The notes beneath the pieces were generated by a model. That model saw only the letters and a program-made list of their open reading frames with translations, searched no databases and was not told where the DNA came from. A DNA stretch of 64,000 bases from Blepharisma stoltei ATCC 30299 (Eukaryota > Protista > Ciliophora). Of the stretch, positions 1 through 11,718 are shown piece after piece. Positions within the stretch are counted from its first letter, which is position 1; every line of letters starts with the position of its first letter. Position numbers and translations under genes: made by a program. The stretch covers positions 496,001-560,000 of the forward strand of contig CBFDEM010000014.1 of the NCBI GenBank assembly GCA_965603825.1, in the 5' to 3' direction.

Positions 1-884
1 CCTGCAGCGAACAAGAAAACAAGTGAAATTATAGGACTGGCCAGAACAACTGAAATATATGAGCATGATTTGCACTTTCTTGTTCTCCAGCTTCAAGCTT
101 GATCGTCTATTCCAGCCCAATTTTCAGATATATACACAATTATTAGCCCTGTTTCAAATGGGAATAAAATTCAAGCAAACAGAAGCACAAGCAAGAATGT
201 CCAAGATGCATTAGAATACTTTCCTCCAAGCATACATCTTAGCATGTCATGATTAATATCAATGATTTTACCACAGTTCATACAAATATTAGCTCCGCAT
301 TTACACATAACAGATGGGCAACCCCATGCTTTTTCAATGTAAAATTTGCAGCGAGGGCATTCTTTTAAGCCATTTTCTTTGATATAAGATCTTAATTCAG
401 GCTCCTCTGGTTGGCATGCACCTTCATGATAATCATGACTGCAATTTCCACAGTAAGTGTATCCACACACATTACATGAAATCTTGAGACCCGAATTTAT
501 AAAGCCATATCCTTGGCAGTTTGGTTTTGGGCATCATCTCAGGTTTGGGTCTTTTTCTAATATTGCATTTCTTCTGAAAATTTTGTATTTTTCATAGAGT
601 TTTGAGTCTACTATGTCTATAATTGACGAATCTATGTCTTTATTTTGGCAGGTATATCGCGGGCACTCAATTGGGAATACTTTGCGCTCACTAATTCTAA
701 ACTCTACATAGCTCTTTAAACATGATGAGCAAAACCTATCATTGCATTCTTTAACTTGGATGAAGTGATTACTTGGAGTGAGTTGAGTGCAAATTTGGCA
801 AATTTCAAGTCTTTCAGGGGTTGAAGTATCATGCTTCCGAATATAAATCATATCGAGTTCTGACATTAAAGGTTCTATACTCAT
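1..884 (-). CDS. RBR (RING-IBR-RING) E3 ubiquitin ligase with hydrophobic C-terminal segments; 3' end beyond window
   Basis: ORFs 534..884 and 171..470 join through TGA=Trp (NLR-W-CPKPNC). RING1 CQIC..C..C, IBR, RING2 KECPRCKFYIEKAWGCPSVMCKC. Frame stays open to base 1. Confidence 0.85.
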
Positions 885-1195
885 ATGTAAATTGATTCAT
901 TAACATGGAGATTTTTTTCGATTACAAAATATAGCTTTTCTGATAAGAATAATTAAGATTTAAACAAATAAAACATTCAGTTAATAAATAATTCTATTTT
1001 GGAAACATATTAAATGCTTTTAATATTTAATCAGATAAATCAGATTTTCTCTTAATTCAACCTAATAAAACTATTGAATCGCTATACCACCAGAAAGTGA
1101 CCAGAATTTGTCCAAGTAAAAATTAAAATCTTCAGAACAAAATAACAGCCTTTAATGCTCAAATGGAATTCATTAACTATTACCAGCTAATAAAT

Positions 1196-2071
1196 ATGGA
1201 TAGACTTTCGCCTGTATGCGTGTTCTTTCTTTTTTATTTTGTTATCGCATTAATTTTCTCAAGACTTCTTAATCCGCCTCATTATCTTACGATTAAAGAG
1301 AGTAAGGATTATATTGGACAACACATTTCTATTATCCATGCCTACTGTGGCTTATTACTCGCCACAATAGTTTACTTTATTGAAGGAGGAATCAATTATA
1401 ACGCTCCCACAAATTATCTTCACATTATAGTTTTTGCAGTATTTGCTAGTTAGAATTCGCTTGGGTATTTTATTTACGATTCATTTTACGCAGAAATTTT
1501 TAAACTTCATGACTGGCCTATGAGATTCCATCATGTTGGAGCTCTTACGGCCTTGACTGGTCTGTACTTTGCGGAGTATGGAGGTTCAGCTGGAGTTTGT
1601 AATTTTTATTTAGTGGGAATCATCTTAACTGAAATTTCCAATCCTTGTATACTGAAGAGACACATCATGAAGGCAATGTGCTTAGAAGATACCCCAAGAT
1701 ATAATTTTTACGAAACAACGTTTGCAATGCTGTTTGTATTTTCCAGGGTTATAGTGGGAACATGGTATATGCTGAATGTCTGGGCTTCAGTTATTACTCC
1801 AGTATATAAACTTACTGTTTCTGCATTATTTGGGGTTTCGCTGTTTTGGGTTTTTATATTGGTTTTTATGGTTGTTAAAAAGATCGAGAAGAATGATGAC
1901 AACAGAGCTTTTTTAAAACGGATTATTTGGGGAATTAACTGGATAAAGCATAGAAAATTCGTATTGCTTTCTTCAATACTCCTAATATCTTTGGCACTTC
2001 CTTATATTTTAACTCAGGTCATGAAGGTTAAATTTTTACAGCTCCGAGTAGACGGATTTGCAATTCTTTAA
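1196..2071 (+). CDS. TLC (TRAM/LAG1/CLN8) domain membrane protein, 2 introns
   Basis: Splicing 1439-1453 gives NSLGYFIYD; also RFHHV and ILTEISNP motifs; multiple hydrophobic helices. Confidence 0.8.
1439..1453 (+). other. 15-nt intron GTATTTGCTAGTTAG
   Basis: Removes in-frame TAG and restores TLC motif; A at position 10. Confidence 0.9.
1599..1613 (+). other. 15-nt intron GTAATTTTTATTTAG (stop-free, frame-preserving)
   Basis: Best-consensus match to the other introns; not forced by a stop codon. Confidence 0.7.
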
Positions 2072-2362
2072 AAATCAATTAATCTTTTTCTAAAATTAAA
2101 TTTAATAGCTATAAATTTTAATGTAAGTTTTCAGATTTTATAAGCCAGCATGATAGCGAAGATCATTATTTTTAGTAGTTAATCTATTAAAATTGGAAAT
2201 TAATTCTTTGCATTAAGCATATCACATATTTTAGTAAATTTTCTAGAAGGAAAAAAAAATTAGTATTCTCTTCGAAAAATTAGTAATAAAAATTGGATAA
2301 CACTTTTAATTTTTGGATCATTTATAAATTTGTTTGAAGTTATTAGTTATAACTAAAGTCAG

Positions 2363-3307
2363 CTAAATTGTTACTATCGCATCATCCAGCATCCTAATCC
2401 CTTCTTGCAATAATTCAAGATTACGATTTTTAAGGACGTAAAATCCGTTTTCCTCCTCAAACCCAGCAGCTTTCAAGAAAACAATAGCTCCACTAACTTT
2501 AGCAATCCTATCTTGGAATGCTTTATTTTCGATTCGTATTCTCTGGAATTTTTCCTCTTCAGGATTGCTGACAATATTTGTTATATATGCTTTCAAAGTG
2601 TTCAAAGTTTGTGCCGCTACACCTGGATTTCTGAAATTCGGATACAATGTCTTTACAGTCTTGATAGCACTTGCCATTTTTTCCTGTGGAGGTTTTGCAC
2701 TTGCAGCATCTTCAGTTGCTTTTTTCCCAGTTCTAGCTTCCTTATCCTTTTTAAGAAGTTCATGCATTTTTTTAAGCTCATCTTCTGTTTTCTTTTTCTC
2801 CCTTAAATATAGTTCAGTTGCCCTCTTGCTTTCTTGTTCTTCGAATTTTCTTTTTGCTTCTGCTAGTTCTCTAGTCGACCGTATTCTGTCCTTTTCTCTT
2901 TGTAGCTCTTCTTCTTTTTCTTTTTGTATTCTTTTGCGCTTAAGCTCTTCTTGCAGCTCCCTTGCTTTTCTTTGGGCTTCTTCTTTGCTTAATTTTTGCT
3001 TATTTTGAGCCTGCCCTACTATTCGAAGTTCTTCTTCAAAATCAGGATCATTTTGATGCTCGTTAATCCATTCAAAAGCAGATTCTACAGAATTATTCCC
3101 TGTCAAAAATAGTGATTTTTCGCATACTGTTGTAGAAAATCCCATTTCTTTCAAAGTTTGCACAAGAGATTGGTTAACCATTCCGCTTATTGATTGGCCC
3201 TCTTCTGCTGGTGGCTCTTCAGTGTTTTCAGCACTAGGGGTTGCATTGTTTTCAGGTTCGATTTCCATATCTTGAGCTGCTTGATTTGGCTGAGAATCTT
3301 GCTCCAT
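2363..3307 (-). CDS. UBA + coiled coil + PUB/PUG domain protein (p97 cofactor-like)
   Basis: LKEMGF..CEKSL..TGN.SVESAFEWI (UBA); NIVSNPEEEKFQRIRIENKAF..FLKAAGF (PUB). Confidence 0.85.
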   Translation of the reverse strand: MEQDSQPNQAAQDMEIEPENNATPSAENTEEPPAEEGQSISGMVNQSLVQTLKEMGFSTTVCEKSLFLTGNNSVESAFEWINEHQNDPDFEEELRIVGQAQNKQKLSKEEAQRKARELQEELKRKRIQKEKEEELQREKDRIRSTRELAEAKRKFEEQESKRATELYLREKKKTEDELKKMHELLKKDKEARTGKKATEDAASAKPPQEKMASAIKTVKTLYPNFRNPGVAAQTLNTLKAYITNIVSNPEEEKFQRIRIENKAFQDRIAKVSGAIVFLKAAGFEEENGFYVLKNRNLELLQEGIRMLDDAIVTI

Positions 3308-3398
3308 ATTAATTATAATTATTTTATTTTGGAGACTATTAGAGAGATTACTATATAAACACCTTGATGAATTTAAATTTATAATCTATTATTGGTAT

Positions 3399-4442
3399 AT
3401 GAGAGAAACAAATAAGCTGAAATCTTGTGGGTTGATTGCAAATCGGCGATCTTCTTTGAATATCCCTCAGTCGACTTGTTCTGGAGACGGGAAAGCTTTA
3501 TATAGCTCACCTCTGATTATTCCAAACGTTATCAGAACGGTGAGCTGCTATGGAAATATCCCTTGCACAGGCAATTGTCCACCCCCGTTTTCGCTGGACT
3601 CAGATAACTGCACATCAAGCCCGATTGAATCAAAAAAATACACAGAAAAGATAAAAAAGCCGAAAAATCCCAACGAAGCTGAATACATACAAAAAGCGAT
3701 GGACTTTTTAACAGGGATTGAAACTAACAACGAAATTGACATCCAGATGCGAGTGTCTCTTGCACCTGGTGATACAAATTTTGAAGGATTAAGAGAAGAG
3801 TCAGGGGTTCTCGTATGAAAATCTCACTCAGGTAAAATCCATAAGTCATATTCCTATTGCTTAAGGGCTAACGATAACAACTTTCATAGGAGTCCCCAAA
3901 TTGACCTAAGTGATGCCCCAAATGTAGTAAGAAACTCTCCTTTGAAGGTAAACTTGAACGAAGAATTCAGAGAAAGATATCCATTTTTGGATGATAAGCT
4001 TACATTGAGCAAAATTGCAAACTTAAAAGAGAAGCTAATTATCAAGGTATGCAAGGAGCTTGATGTTGAAGCTTTTACAGTCGCTGTTGCTTGATCTTAT
4101 TTCCAAAGATTGCTTGGAATGAATGTAATAACGAAAGCAAATAGAAAATTGTATGCAGCGATCTGTGTATTGCTTTCTTACAAATTTAATGAAGAAATCA
4201 ATTTTGTGAAAATGAAAGCTTTGATTCATGCACTTAGGTTGGCAGATAAAAATGATATTTTACAAAGCAAATCTATTGCGAAGTACGAATTTGAAGTGTA
4301 CTCGTATTTAAAGTTTTCGATGATGGTTCCAGTTGAAGAGTTTGAAGATAATTTTCATTATATTTTGAAGAGAATTCACACTTCACCGAAAAAATACTTG
4401 AAAAATTCTTTGGAATTTTCTGGACTGAGGCATCCATTTTAA
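3399..4442 (+). CDS. CABLES-like cyclin-box protein
   Basis: Joined through TGA=Trp at 3816 and about 4092. C-terminal LNEEFRERYP..LTLSKIANLK..TVAVAWSYFQRL..NRKLYAAICVLLSYK resembles the CABLES cyclin fold. Confidence 0.7.
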
Positions 4443-4689
4443 GGAGTTGTTTATAGTGTTGATGCTCAAATCATAAGAGCATTAGTTTAGATAAATAAAT
4501 ATTTATTGTATATATAAGGCTACAGGGTTTGTAATATTTTCTATAAATGCTATTATAATTAATTAGAATTTATTTATCTTGAAGCTTTAGATATAAAAAA
4601 TATTAATAAAATAAATTATGAAATAAATATTAGCTTGTCTCTTCTTAATTATAAAAAACTTAGAATATTCAGCCAATATTCATCGCATA

Positions 4690-5895
4690 TTATAATTTAA
4701 CTTTTTGATTAAAAAAACGCTTATCAAAATATTTCACAGACAGCATCTCAATATATTTTTTCAAATTATAAAAAGCTGATTCATTTTCTTTTGCGAAGCT
4801 TTGATTTTTGTCAATATCGTTTTCATTCTTTTCATCAAGTATTTTATCTCTACCAATTGTTCTATTATGGATTACATCCATTATATCTTTTAAAGTTATG
4901 ATCCCAATAGATTTATTTCTTGGACTATTTTCATCAACAATTATTGCAATCTGTATTTCATTTTGATGCATAGCATTTAAAGCCTGAAATATTGTGTATT
5001 CTCCCTTAATAAATAAGGGAGCTTCTAGATGTATTTCAGGGCTCTTAAGAGAAACACCTTCATCAATTCCTATCAATTCTTTTGTCAGTAATATCCCTTC
5101 AATAACTTTTTCATCTTTTTCGTTGTGAATTAGCACTTTGCTGTGCTTAGACTCTTTGATAACTTTCAAAGTTTTCTTAGTAAAAGTGCAACTTATACTC
5201 AATTTAAAAGTTTGCTCGATTGGCTTTATGTATTTATTTATCGACTCATTCCCAATAGTATTTTCTTCAGTTATTTCATCCGAACCTATGCTATTTATGC
5301 TCCTACTGCACTTGCTGTCAGTTATAGAGTGAAGTTCTGTTAGGCTTCCATTTTGGGCAGGTTCCTCTCCTTTACCTAATAGCCTGTCAAGAAATAAAGA
5401 TATTGGATAGCTCAAAGGATAAAGGAAATAGGTTACAATGTTCACCAATGGTACTAATTTGCTTGCAATCATAAGTTTATCAGGTCCTGTGCAAAATGCT
5501 TGCGGTAAAACTTCTCCAAATATCATAAGCATGGGTACACTTATAAGTATTGCTCCACCTCCTCCTACCATCATTTCAAGCATAATCGGCAAAGTCTCCA
5601 TAGCAATTGTGTTTCCCAGAAGTAGTGTAACTAATAGTAGATGATGCTTTGAAACAATTGGAAGGACTCTTTTGGCGTATTTTAGCTCTTGATCAGTTCC
5701 ACACATAATTTTGCTTTCAAGCTCCTTAACACTAAATGACATTAATCCTACGGTCAGGCCAGACATCGCTCCTGCGAAGAGGATTAAGCAAAAAGTTATA
5801 GATATAAGCAGGATCTTTTGGTTTCACGAAAATTCATGAAGGCTTTCTGTACTTGATGCTAGAGCTGCGTCTATTAATATTAGATAAAATATCAT
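4690..5895 (-). CDS. CNNM/DUF21 transmembrane + CBS-domain metal transporter-like protein
   Basis: LFAGAMSGLTVGLMS, HHLLLVTLLLGN..METLP, FGEVLPQA. Extended 43 codons upstream through one TGA to ATG 5895 with a signal-like N-terminus. Confidence 0.85.
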
Positions 5896-6162
5896 ATAAG
5901 GCAACTTATAATTTCTAATATCAAAATATTATTGAAAAAATAAATCTCTCATTCTTATTTAAGAATTTTTATATGAACTTAAATTTATATTTTTGTTTAA
6001 AGAATAAATTCATAAAGAATGCTATAGGAGCATATATAACTCTTATAAGCCGTATATAAAAGCTCTTAAACCGCACCCGATGTTTCTCTAGCATCATTTC
6101 TGTTCGGTTTTATTATTTTTTGGAGCGTAACTTGAAAATATGCCAGCTATGATTATTAAATA

Positions 6163-6867
6163 ATGGAAGGAGGCGAAAGATCCGTACAATTTATTTATGG
6201 AAGATCAGCGGTTACTCTTAAATGAGACTCTTCCCAAATTTCTGAAGACATGGCAATGGACACTATTGATAATCTCGGGAAAAGGTTTCTATCACATTTT
6301 CAAGGCTCTATCTTGCATTTTAAAGTAATAAACAATAAGGATCAAGAAGGAAATATCACAAGTATTGCTGGGATTGTAATGAATTTGGTATCTCCTATAT
6401 TTGTGGTAGTTGACGATGCTGCAAAGCATCAGTATGATTTTGATAAAGTAGGCGATAAGTAGATCAAAGCAATGAAAGATCGGAAATTTGTAAAGCACGA
6501 GTGCTATAGGGTTAGAGAAGATGGAGCTTGTGTTACTGATCAAGATATTCTGAGGAGGTCTACCGATAGTGATTTAGCTTCTTCTGCATCAAGTCCCTCG
6601 ATAGTTGCTGAGCAGCAGTCAGAAAAAGAACCCAAAACAGTAGGGCGAAATGAAGTCGCGAAACACAATAAAAAGCAAGATTGCTGGACTATTTTGAATG
6701 GAAAAGTATACAATATTACAAGTTTCATTTCCTCTCATCCTGGAGGAGATATAATAATGCAGTGTGCAGGAACGGATGGAACACAATTATTTAACAGGTA
6801 TCATGGATACTTGAATCCTGATGACCATGTTGGAAGAAGTCTTGTTGGAAATTTGTCACAAAAGTAG
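6163..6867 (+). CDS. Cytochrome b5 heme-binding domain protein with N-terminal extension, 1 intron
   Basis: EVAKHN..DCWTILNGKVYNIT.F..HPGG..H. Upstream exon joined via TGA=Trp and intron 6448-6462. Confidence 0.8.
6448..6462 (+). other. 15-nt intron GTAGGCGATAAGTAG
   Basis: Removes in-frame TAG between two in-frame ORFs; A10. Confidence 0.8.
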
Positions 6868-7051
6868 CATAAATTTTGAAAAATATAAGCAATGACCACT
6901 ATTTAATTTTTATATTATAAAAATTATTTATAGTGAAGAATTAATTATTCATCTTCTTTTTATTTTCATTATAAAGCATTTCAGTTTTCCTCCTATCTCC
7001 TATAATTTTGAAGTTAATTTATAAAAGAAATACTATTAGCATTTTAATAAA

Positions 7052-7933
7052 ATGATTGATAGATTGCAAGAGCTTAAAGGTGCATCAAATAACCCTTCAC
7101 ATGAGATATTACTATCAGATCCACAGCCTGCATCAGGTCCAAACATGCAATTTATGATTCAAATTCGAAAGGCCCAAAAGTCAATTGAGCGTGTCCGCTC
7201 AAATACCGAGCAAATAAGAATTTTAAAAGACGAATTCAACCAATGCACCCAACCTGACCAGGAAGCAAAAATTAATAAGAAGCTGAAAGAATTAATTGAT
7301 GTTAACAATGGAGAACTAAACACAGTCCGCGATATTGCCGAAACTCTTGCAAAAACAATAGAAGATGGTCGAGGGACATCAAGTGATACAGAAACAAGAA
7401 TGCGATCTACAATGCACGCCACTTTAATTAAACAATTTCAACAAGCCCTTGGAGAAGGCGAAAAAGCCCAGAATATATTCACCGAGGCAGCTAGAAATAA
7501 AACGGCAAATCAGCTTAGAATGGTCGATGAGAATATTTCTGATGAAGTGATTGAACAGTGCTTAGAAGACCCTCGGCAAGCACAGATGATGGTCGAGAAG
7601 AAGATGATTGGAGCTCACTCCGATATCATTCAAATGGTCAATAGCATTGAAAGCAGACTTGAAGATATCAAAATGCTTGAACAAAACATCAATATCATGC
7701 ATAGAATGTTTCTCGATCTCGCTGCATTGGTTCACTCACAAGGAGAACTCTTGAATAGTGTAGAAAAGCATGTGGATAATGCCTCAGACTACGTCAAGCA
7801 AGCAGAAAAAGCACTTGAAGGAGCTAAAAGCCACCAGGAGAGGGCTAGGTGGAAAAAGTGTTGCATATTAGTGGCAGTACTGATTATAGCTCTTGTGATA
7901 GTAATCCCAACAGTAGCAACTAAAACTTTATAA
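7052..7933 (+). CDS. Syntaxin (Qa-SNARE, plasma-membrane type)
   Basis: MIDRLQEL N-peptide, Habc helices, SNARE motif MFLDLAALVHSQGELLNSVE, C-terminal TM. Confidence 0.92.
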   Translation: MIDRLQELKGASNNPSHEILLSDPQPASGPNMQFMIQIRKAQKSIERVRSNTEQIRILKDEFNQCTQPDQEAKINKKLKELIDVNNGELNTVRDIAETLAKTIEDGRGTSSDTETRMRSTMHATLIKQFQQALGEGEKAQNIFTEAARNKTANQLRMVDENISDEVIEQCLEDPRQAQMMVEKKMIGAHSDIIQMVNSIESRLEDIKMLEQNINIMHRMFLDLAALVHSQGELLNSVEKHVDNASDYVKQAEKALEGAKSHQERARWKKCCILVAVLIIALVIVIPTVATKTL

Positions 7934-7949
7934 TTGTAAAGACTTAAAG

Positions 7950-8396
7950 TTATTTTTTAGCTGGTGCTTCATTGACTTTATTGGAGTAAGGGCTTTTTCT
8001 TGTCATGGTATAATAGCTATTTGCATATTTTGTTTCGGCACAGCTTGGCTTTGTATGCTTCCAAGTACTTCTGTACTGAGGCATATCTGCATCCCATCCA
8101 AATTCTTGATTTGATGTTAAGGGATGGCTGGTTTTCATCTTTGGAACGGCTGAAAGTCGCATGAGCTGGTCTTTAAATTTTGGGCTATCATCATTTGCTT
8201 TAGCTTCTTCATTTACATTGAGAATTCCTGTTCGGTTTGGCTTATCAGACAAAAGCACAACTATTTAGGAATTACGGCTTCTAGGGTTCAAAGTGAAAAC
8301 AGTATTTATACGAGAATATTGATTCTCTTTCCTGATTGCTTCATTTAAACAAGCATGCTCTTCAATTGGATTCAATCTTTTAGGAGGTGATGACAT
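7950..8396 (-). CDS. FAM183/CFAP144-like ciliary protein, 1 intron
   Basis: LNEAIRKE..FTLNP; PLTSNQEFGW; CAETKYANSY. Exons joined by intron 8261-8275. Confidence 0.7.
8261..8275 (-). other. 15-nt intron GTAATTCCTAAATAG
   Basis: Removes in-frame TAA; A10. Confidence 0.88.
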
Positions 8397-8620
8397 TTTT
8401 GGATAACAGTTATAAGCAACTGAGCAAATAAAATGAAATTGCTCAAACATTTATTCAAGAATTTCTTTTTTAAGGATATTATTTTAATTCGGAATCTAGG
8501 AGGAATAAAATTTAAAATAATTGAAATAAATAGTGCGAAGAACTATCATAATAAGAAATAGAGAGTTTTATTTTTAAATTTGACTAATAGAAGGTAAATT
8601 TCGTAAGATGTGACTTAATT

Positions 8621-9319
8621 TTAATGGCTATGATTGTGCTGGCATCCTGGCCCATGTTGGTGTTGCTGAGGGGCCATTCTTTGCGGTTGGTTAAGTATGA
8701 GATCCATACGTGTAACTTCATTCCATCTCTCTTTAAGTTCTCTCAACTCCGCGTCCGGATCACTTTCATATTTTATCGCGAGGGCTCCTAACTGTATTTC
8801 ATTCAGCCCATAAAGTTGAAAAACTTCATCTGCAGATGCCGTCTGAGCGACCATCGATGAAATTTGATCAGTAACTGTATATTTTGCAACCTCTGCCGTT
8901 TGGATTCTCAAGATTTCTTTGAACCTCTCTTTATCAAACTCTTCTGGGAATGGCTGCCCTTCGCACATATCTCCAGTGATGGTTTGCATAAGAGAAATCA
9001 TATTCTGCACTTCAGGGTCGAACATGTGTTGCTGAATTGAAGAGCCGATCGAGGCGACGTTGACATTTTGCTCTTGGCACACTTCGACTAAAGCACCTTG
9101 GATCAATGCTGGTTGGCCCATTGCGAATTTCATAATGCATTCCTTGTATTTGTCAGCGTCATTCTTATAGAATTGAATTCGTTCTTCGATGTTGGCTCTT
9201 TTGGCTTCTAGCATTCGTCGGAGGATCAGCTTGCGAGCTTTTGAGAGAATCCTGACCAGCTGAGTCTTTGGAATAGGTGGACCTTGCGCACCTCCAGCTC
9301 CTCCCATCATGTTGCCCAT
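8621..9319 (-). CDS. Hypothetical helical protein with N-terminal Gly2 and His/Cys-rich C-terminal tail
   Basis: 232-codon ORF, GC-richer than flanks; MGN start; ends HQHGPGCQHNHSH. Confidence 0.75.
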   Translation of the reverse strand: MGNMMGGAGGAQGPPIPKTQLVRILSKARKLILRRMLEAKRANIEERIQFYKNDADKYKECIMKFAMGQPALIQGALVEVCQEQNVNVASIGSSIQQHMFDPEVQNMISLMQTITGDMCEGQPFPEEFDKERFKEILRIQTAEVAKYTVTDQISSMVAQTASADEVFQLYGLNEIQLGALAIKYESDPDAELRELKERWNEVTRMDLILNQPQRMAPQQHQHGPGCQHNHSH

Positions 9320-9858
9320 TTTAATAATGATAGCATAAATATATTTAGTTTATTATTAAAGTTGTAGAGGATTTGAGCCTGTATTTTGATGATTTAGCAA
9401 TAGAATGCTTTAATGATACTCGTTTCAAAGAGTGATAGAAGCTCTGTGGGATTTTTTTTAGCCTTAATTTTATGCAGGAAACATAAAAGTGAAATAGCGA
9501 TTTTATTAATAAAAAATACCAAGATCGCATTGATTGCTTAGAATTTTTTTATATTATAAAAAAGTGCTGCCTAATTAATTGCTGCTGTTTACGAGCTCTA
9601 GTTAGCAATTTTTGAATGAAGCATTTAATAAAATAATTCATAATAATATTTTATAAATAAGAAATTGCGCCTAATTGGAGTTGGCTTTTTGAGACTTAAT
9701 TTTATTATTCATCGATATCAACTATCATATCAATAATTGACAATCTTTTTAACTACAATTTTATATTTTATACCAAAAATAAACAAATCAGTTTAATTTT
9801 TTAATTTCCTAGCATATAACTTTTCCGCTAAATTAATTTAATTTGAATTTTTTTATAA

Positions 9859-11241
9859 ATGGATAGGAAAGAGATAAACTTCATTGACAATAATAAGCTG
9901 ATGTCTAGGTCAACTTCATGCTATTGAGATAGTCCTTTATCTACCTATAAATATATGGACACTGAAAAAGGAGTTGAGTTAGATAGTGTTGAGCTGTCCA
10001 AAATTACGAAATCAATCTTATATGACCACTTCGCTGCGATAAAGCAATACATCGAATCATGCCAGGCATACATTGCAAAAAGTGCTTCAGTACTTATTGA
10101 TCAAATTGCACTATGTGAAGCCAAAGCCCAGCAAAGCTTGAATGAGTCTAAAAAACTATGCATGAGTATAATGCACGAAGTAAACTTTCCATCATCAGAA
10201 AAAAAAGGGTCATATACAGAAATGGCTCTCAAGCTTCACCCCAGCAAAATTTGTGATATACTCCCTGCCTGAGAGTTTTCCGAAGCTTCGATTGATTTGA
10301 ATTCTGTGATAAATTGCTTAAGTAACGCTTTATCAGTTAGCTCTTTAAGATCCAGTATCGAAAGCTCAATCAGCAAAATTTCTGATGATATTGAAGAAAT
10401 CGAAGCTAGCTTTACCATTCCAAATCTTAACGTAATGGCATCATTCAAAAGTGGAACAAAAAATCTCATTGAATTAGATCTTAAAAATAACTCTCAAAAA
10501 GTTACTGCTTTAGCTTTACCTGTGAGCATGAGTGATCACTCCAGCGTATGCCAGCTCCCAGATAGTAGCTTATTTTGCTTTGGGAGTCTTTATAGAGAAG
10601 AAAACAAAAATATCTTCAGCGGAATCACTTTTATTGTTTCTCCAAATTATGATATCAAAATTTTAACTTCTGGTCAGCCTCGCATTAAATCAGGCACAAT
10701 TTACTTTGACAGCTATATATTTGCTTTTGGGGGGGATAATGGGCAAGCACTTGACTTTGCTGAGAAATACGATTTTACTTGCAATTTATGAAAAAAAGTT
10801 GCAAATCTTCCTGAAACTTCTGAAAACTGTTCATGCGCTTTGTTTAAAGACGAAATTTTGGTTTTAGTCCAGAAATCCAAAGTATTTTCGTATAATCCAC
10901 TATCCAATTCCTATTCAAAAATGATAGAGTTTCATAAGCATAATATCCAGCAGTTATGCGTTGCTAATGGTAAAGCATATTTATTAAGGAGCAAAGCAAT
11001 TTACGAATCTGAGTTTGAAGATGCTACAATGTGGAGAAATGTGTGTGCGCTGAACACTCCGGCTGGTGACACCATCTCCTATTTGATCGTAGATGAGAGT
11101 ACGGTGTTTTTCATGAGATATTATGACGTTTATAAATTTGACTTCAGGAAAAAAAGAATCACTTGCATTTATGAGCATGAAAAATTTTTGGAGACTGAAG
11201 AAGACCACAAATTCAAAAGATGCGAAGAAGCGTACCAATAA
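9859..11241 (+). CDS. Coiled coil + Kelch-like beta-propeller protein
   Basis: Three same-frame ORFs joined by TGA=Trp; YIFAFGG..AEKYDFTCNLWKKVANLP Kelch motif. Confidence 0.75.
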
Positions 11242-11283
11242 ATATTTATTTCACTAAGTCTAATAATTAATATTACGTTAAAA

Positions 11284-11718
11284 ATGAAGCACTCTATTTA
11301 TAAAGAAGTACAGATCCTAAGCACAAAATTAGATATGTTAGGCGATGGGCAAATCAAGCAATTGAAAGTAACCTCCCTTCAACATGTAAGAGTTGTCGTA
11401 CAGCCGGATTCAGGAATATGGTCAGGCAAAAATTTAATATTTGAAATAAAAACCAGAAATAAATATCCACAGGAGCCATGCAAAGTTATTTGCATCACGA
11501 GCATAAAGCATCCAAATATTTTGGAATTGGATGGAGAAGTGTGCTTGAGTATGTTTGATGACGACTGGTGCCCTGATATGAGCATTGAGCATTACATGCA
11601 GGGAATTTTATATATCCTGCATCATCCCAACTTCGATGATCCGTTAAGTGATTATTTCTGTATTGCGAAAGAGCAAGGTAGAATTGAAGATGCAATTCAA
11701 CAAATAGCATTGGCTTAA
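11284..11718 (+). CDS. Ubiquitin-like conjugating enzyme E2 (Ubc12/NEDD8 E2-like)
   Basis: YPQEP, HPNI..DGEVCLS (catalytic Cys), DWCP, PNFDDPL. Confidence 0.85.
   Translation: MKHSIYKEVQILSTKLDMLGDGQIKQLKVTSLQHVRVVVQPDSGIWSGKNLIFEIKTRNKYPQEPCKVICITSIKHPNILELDGEVCLSMFDDDWCPDMSIEHYMQGILYILHHPNFDDPLSDYFCIAKEQGRIEDAIQQIALA

Noticed and set aside
2513-3008. Antisense ORFs in the track (also 12394-12816, 39843-40061, 50787-51128, 54062-54517, 61000-62748 and others)
   Set aside because: Shadows of real genes on the opposite strand, many Phe/Ser/Leu-rich mirrors of Lys/Glu codons, with no motifs.
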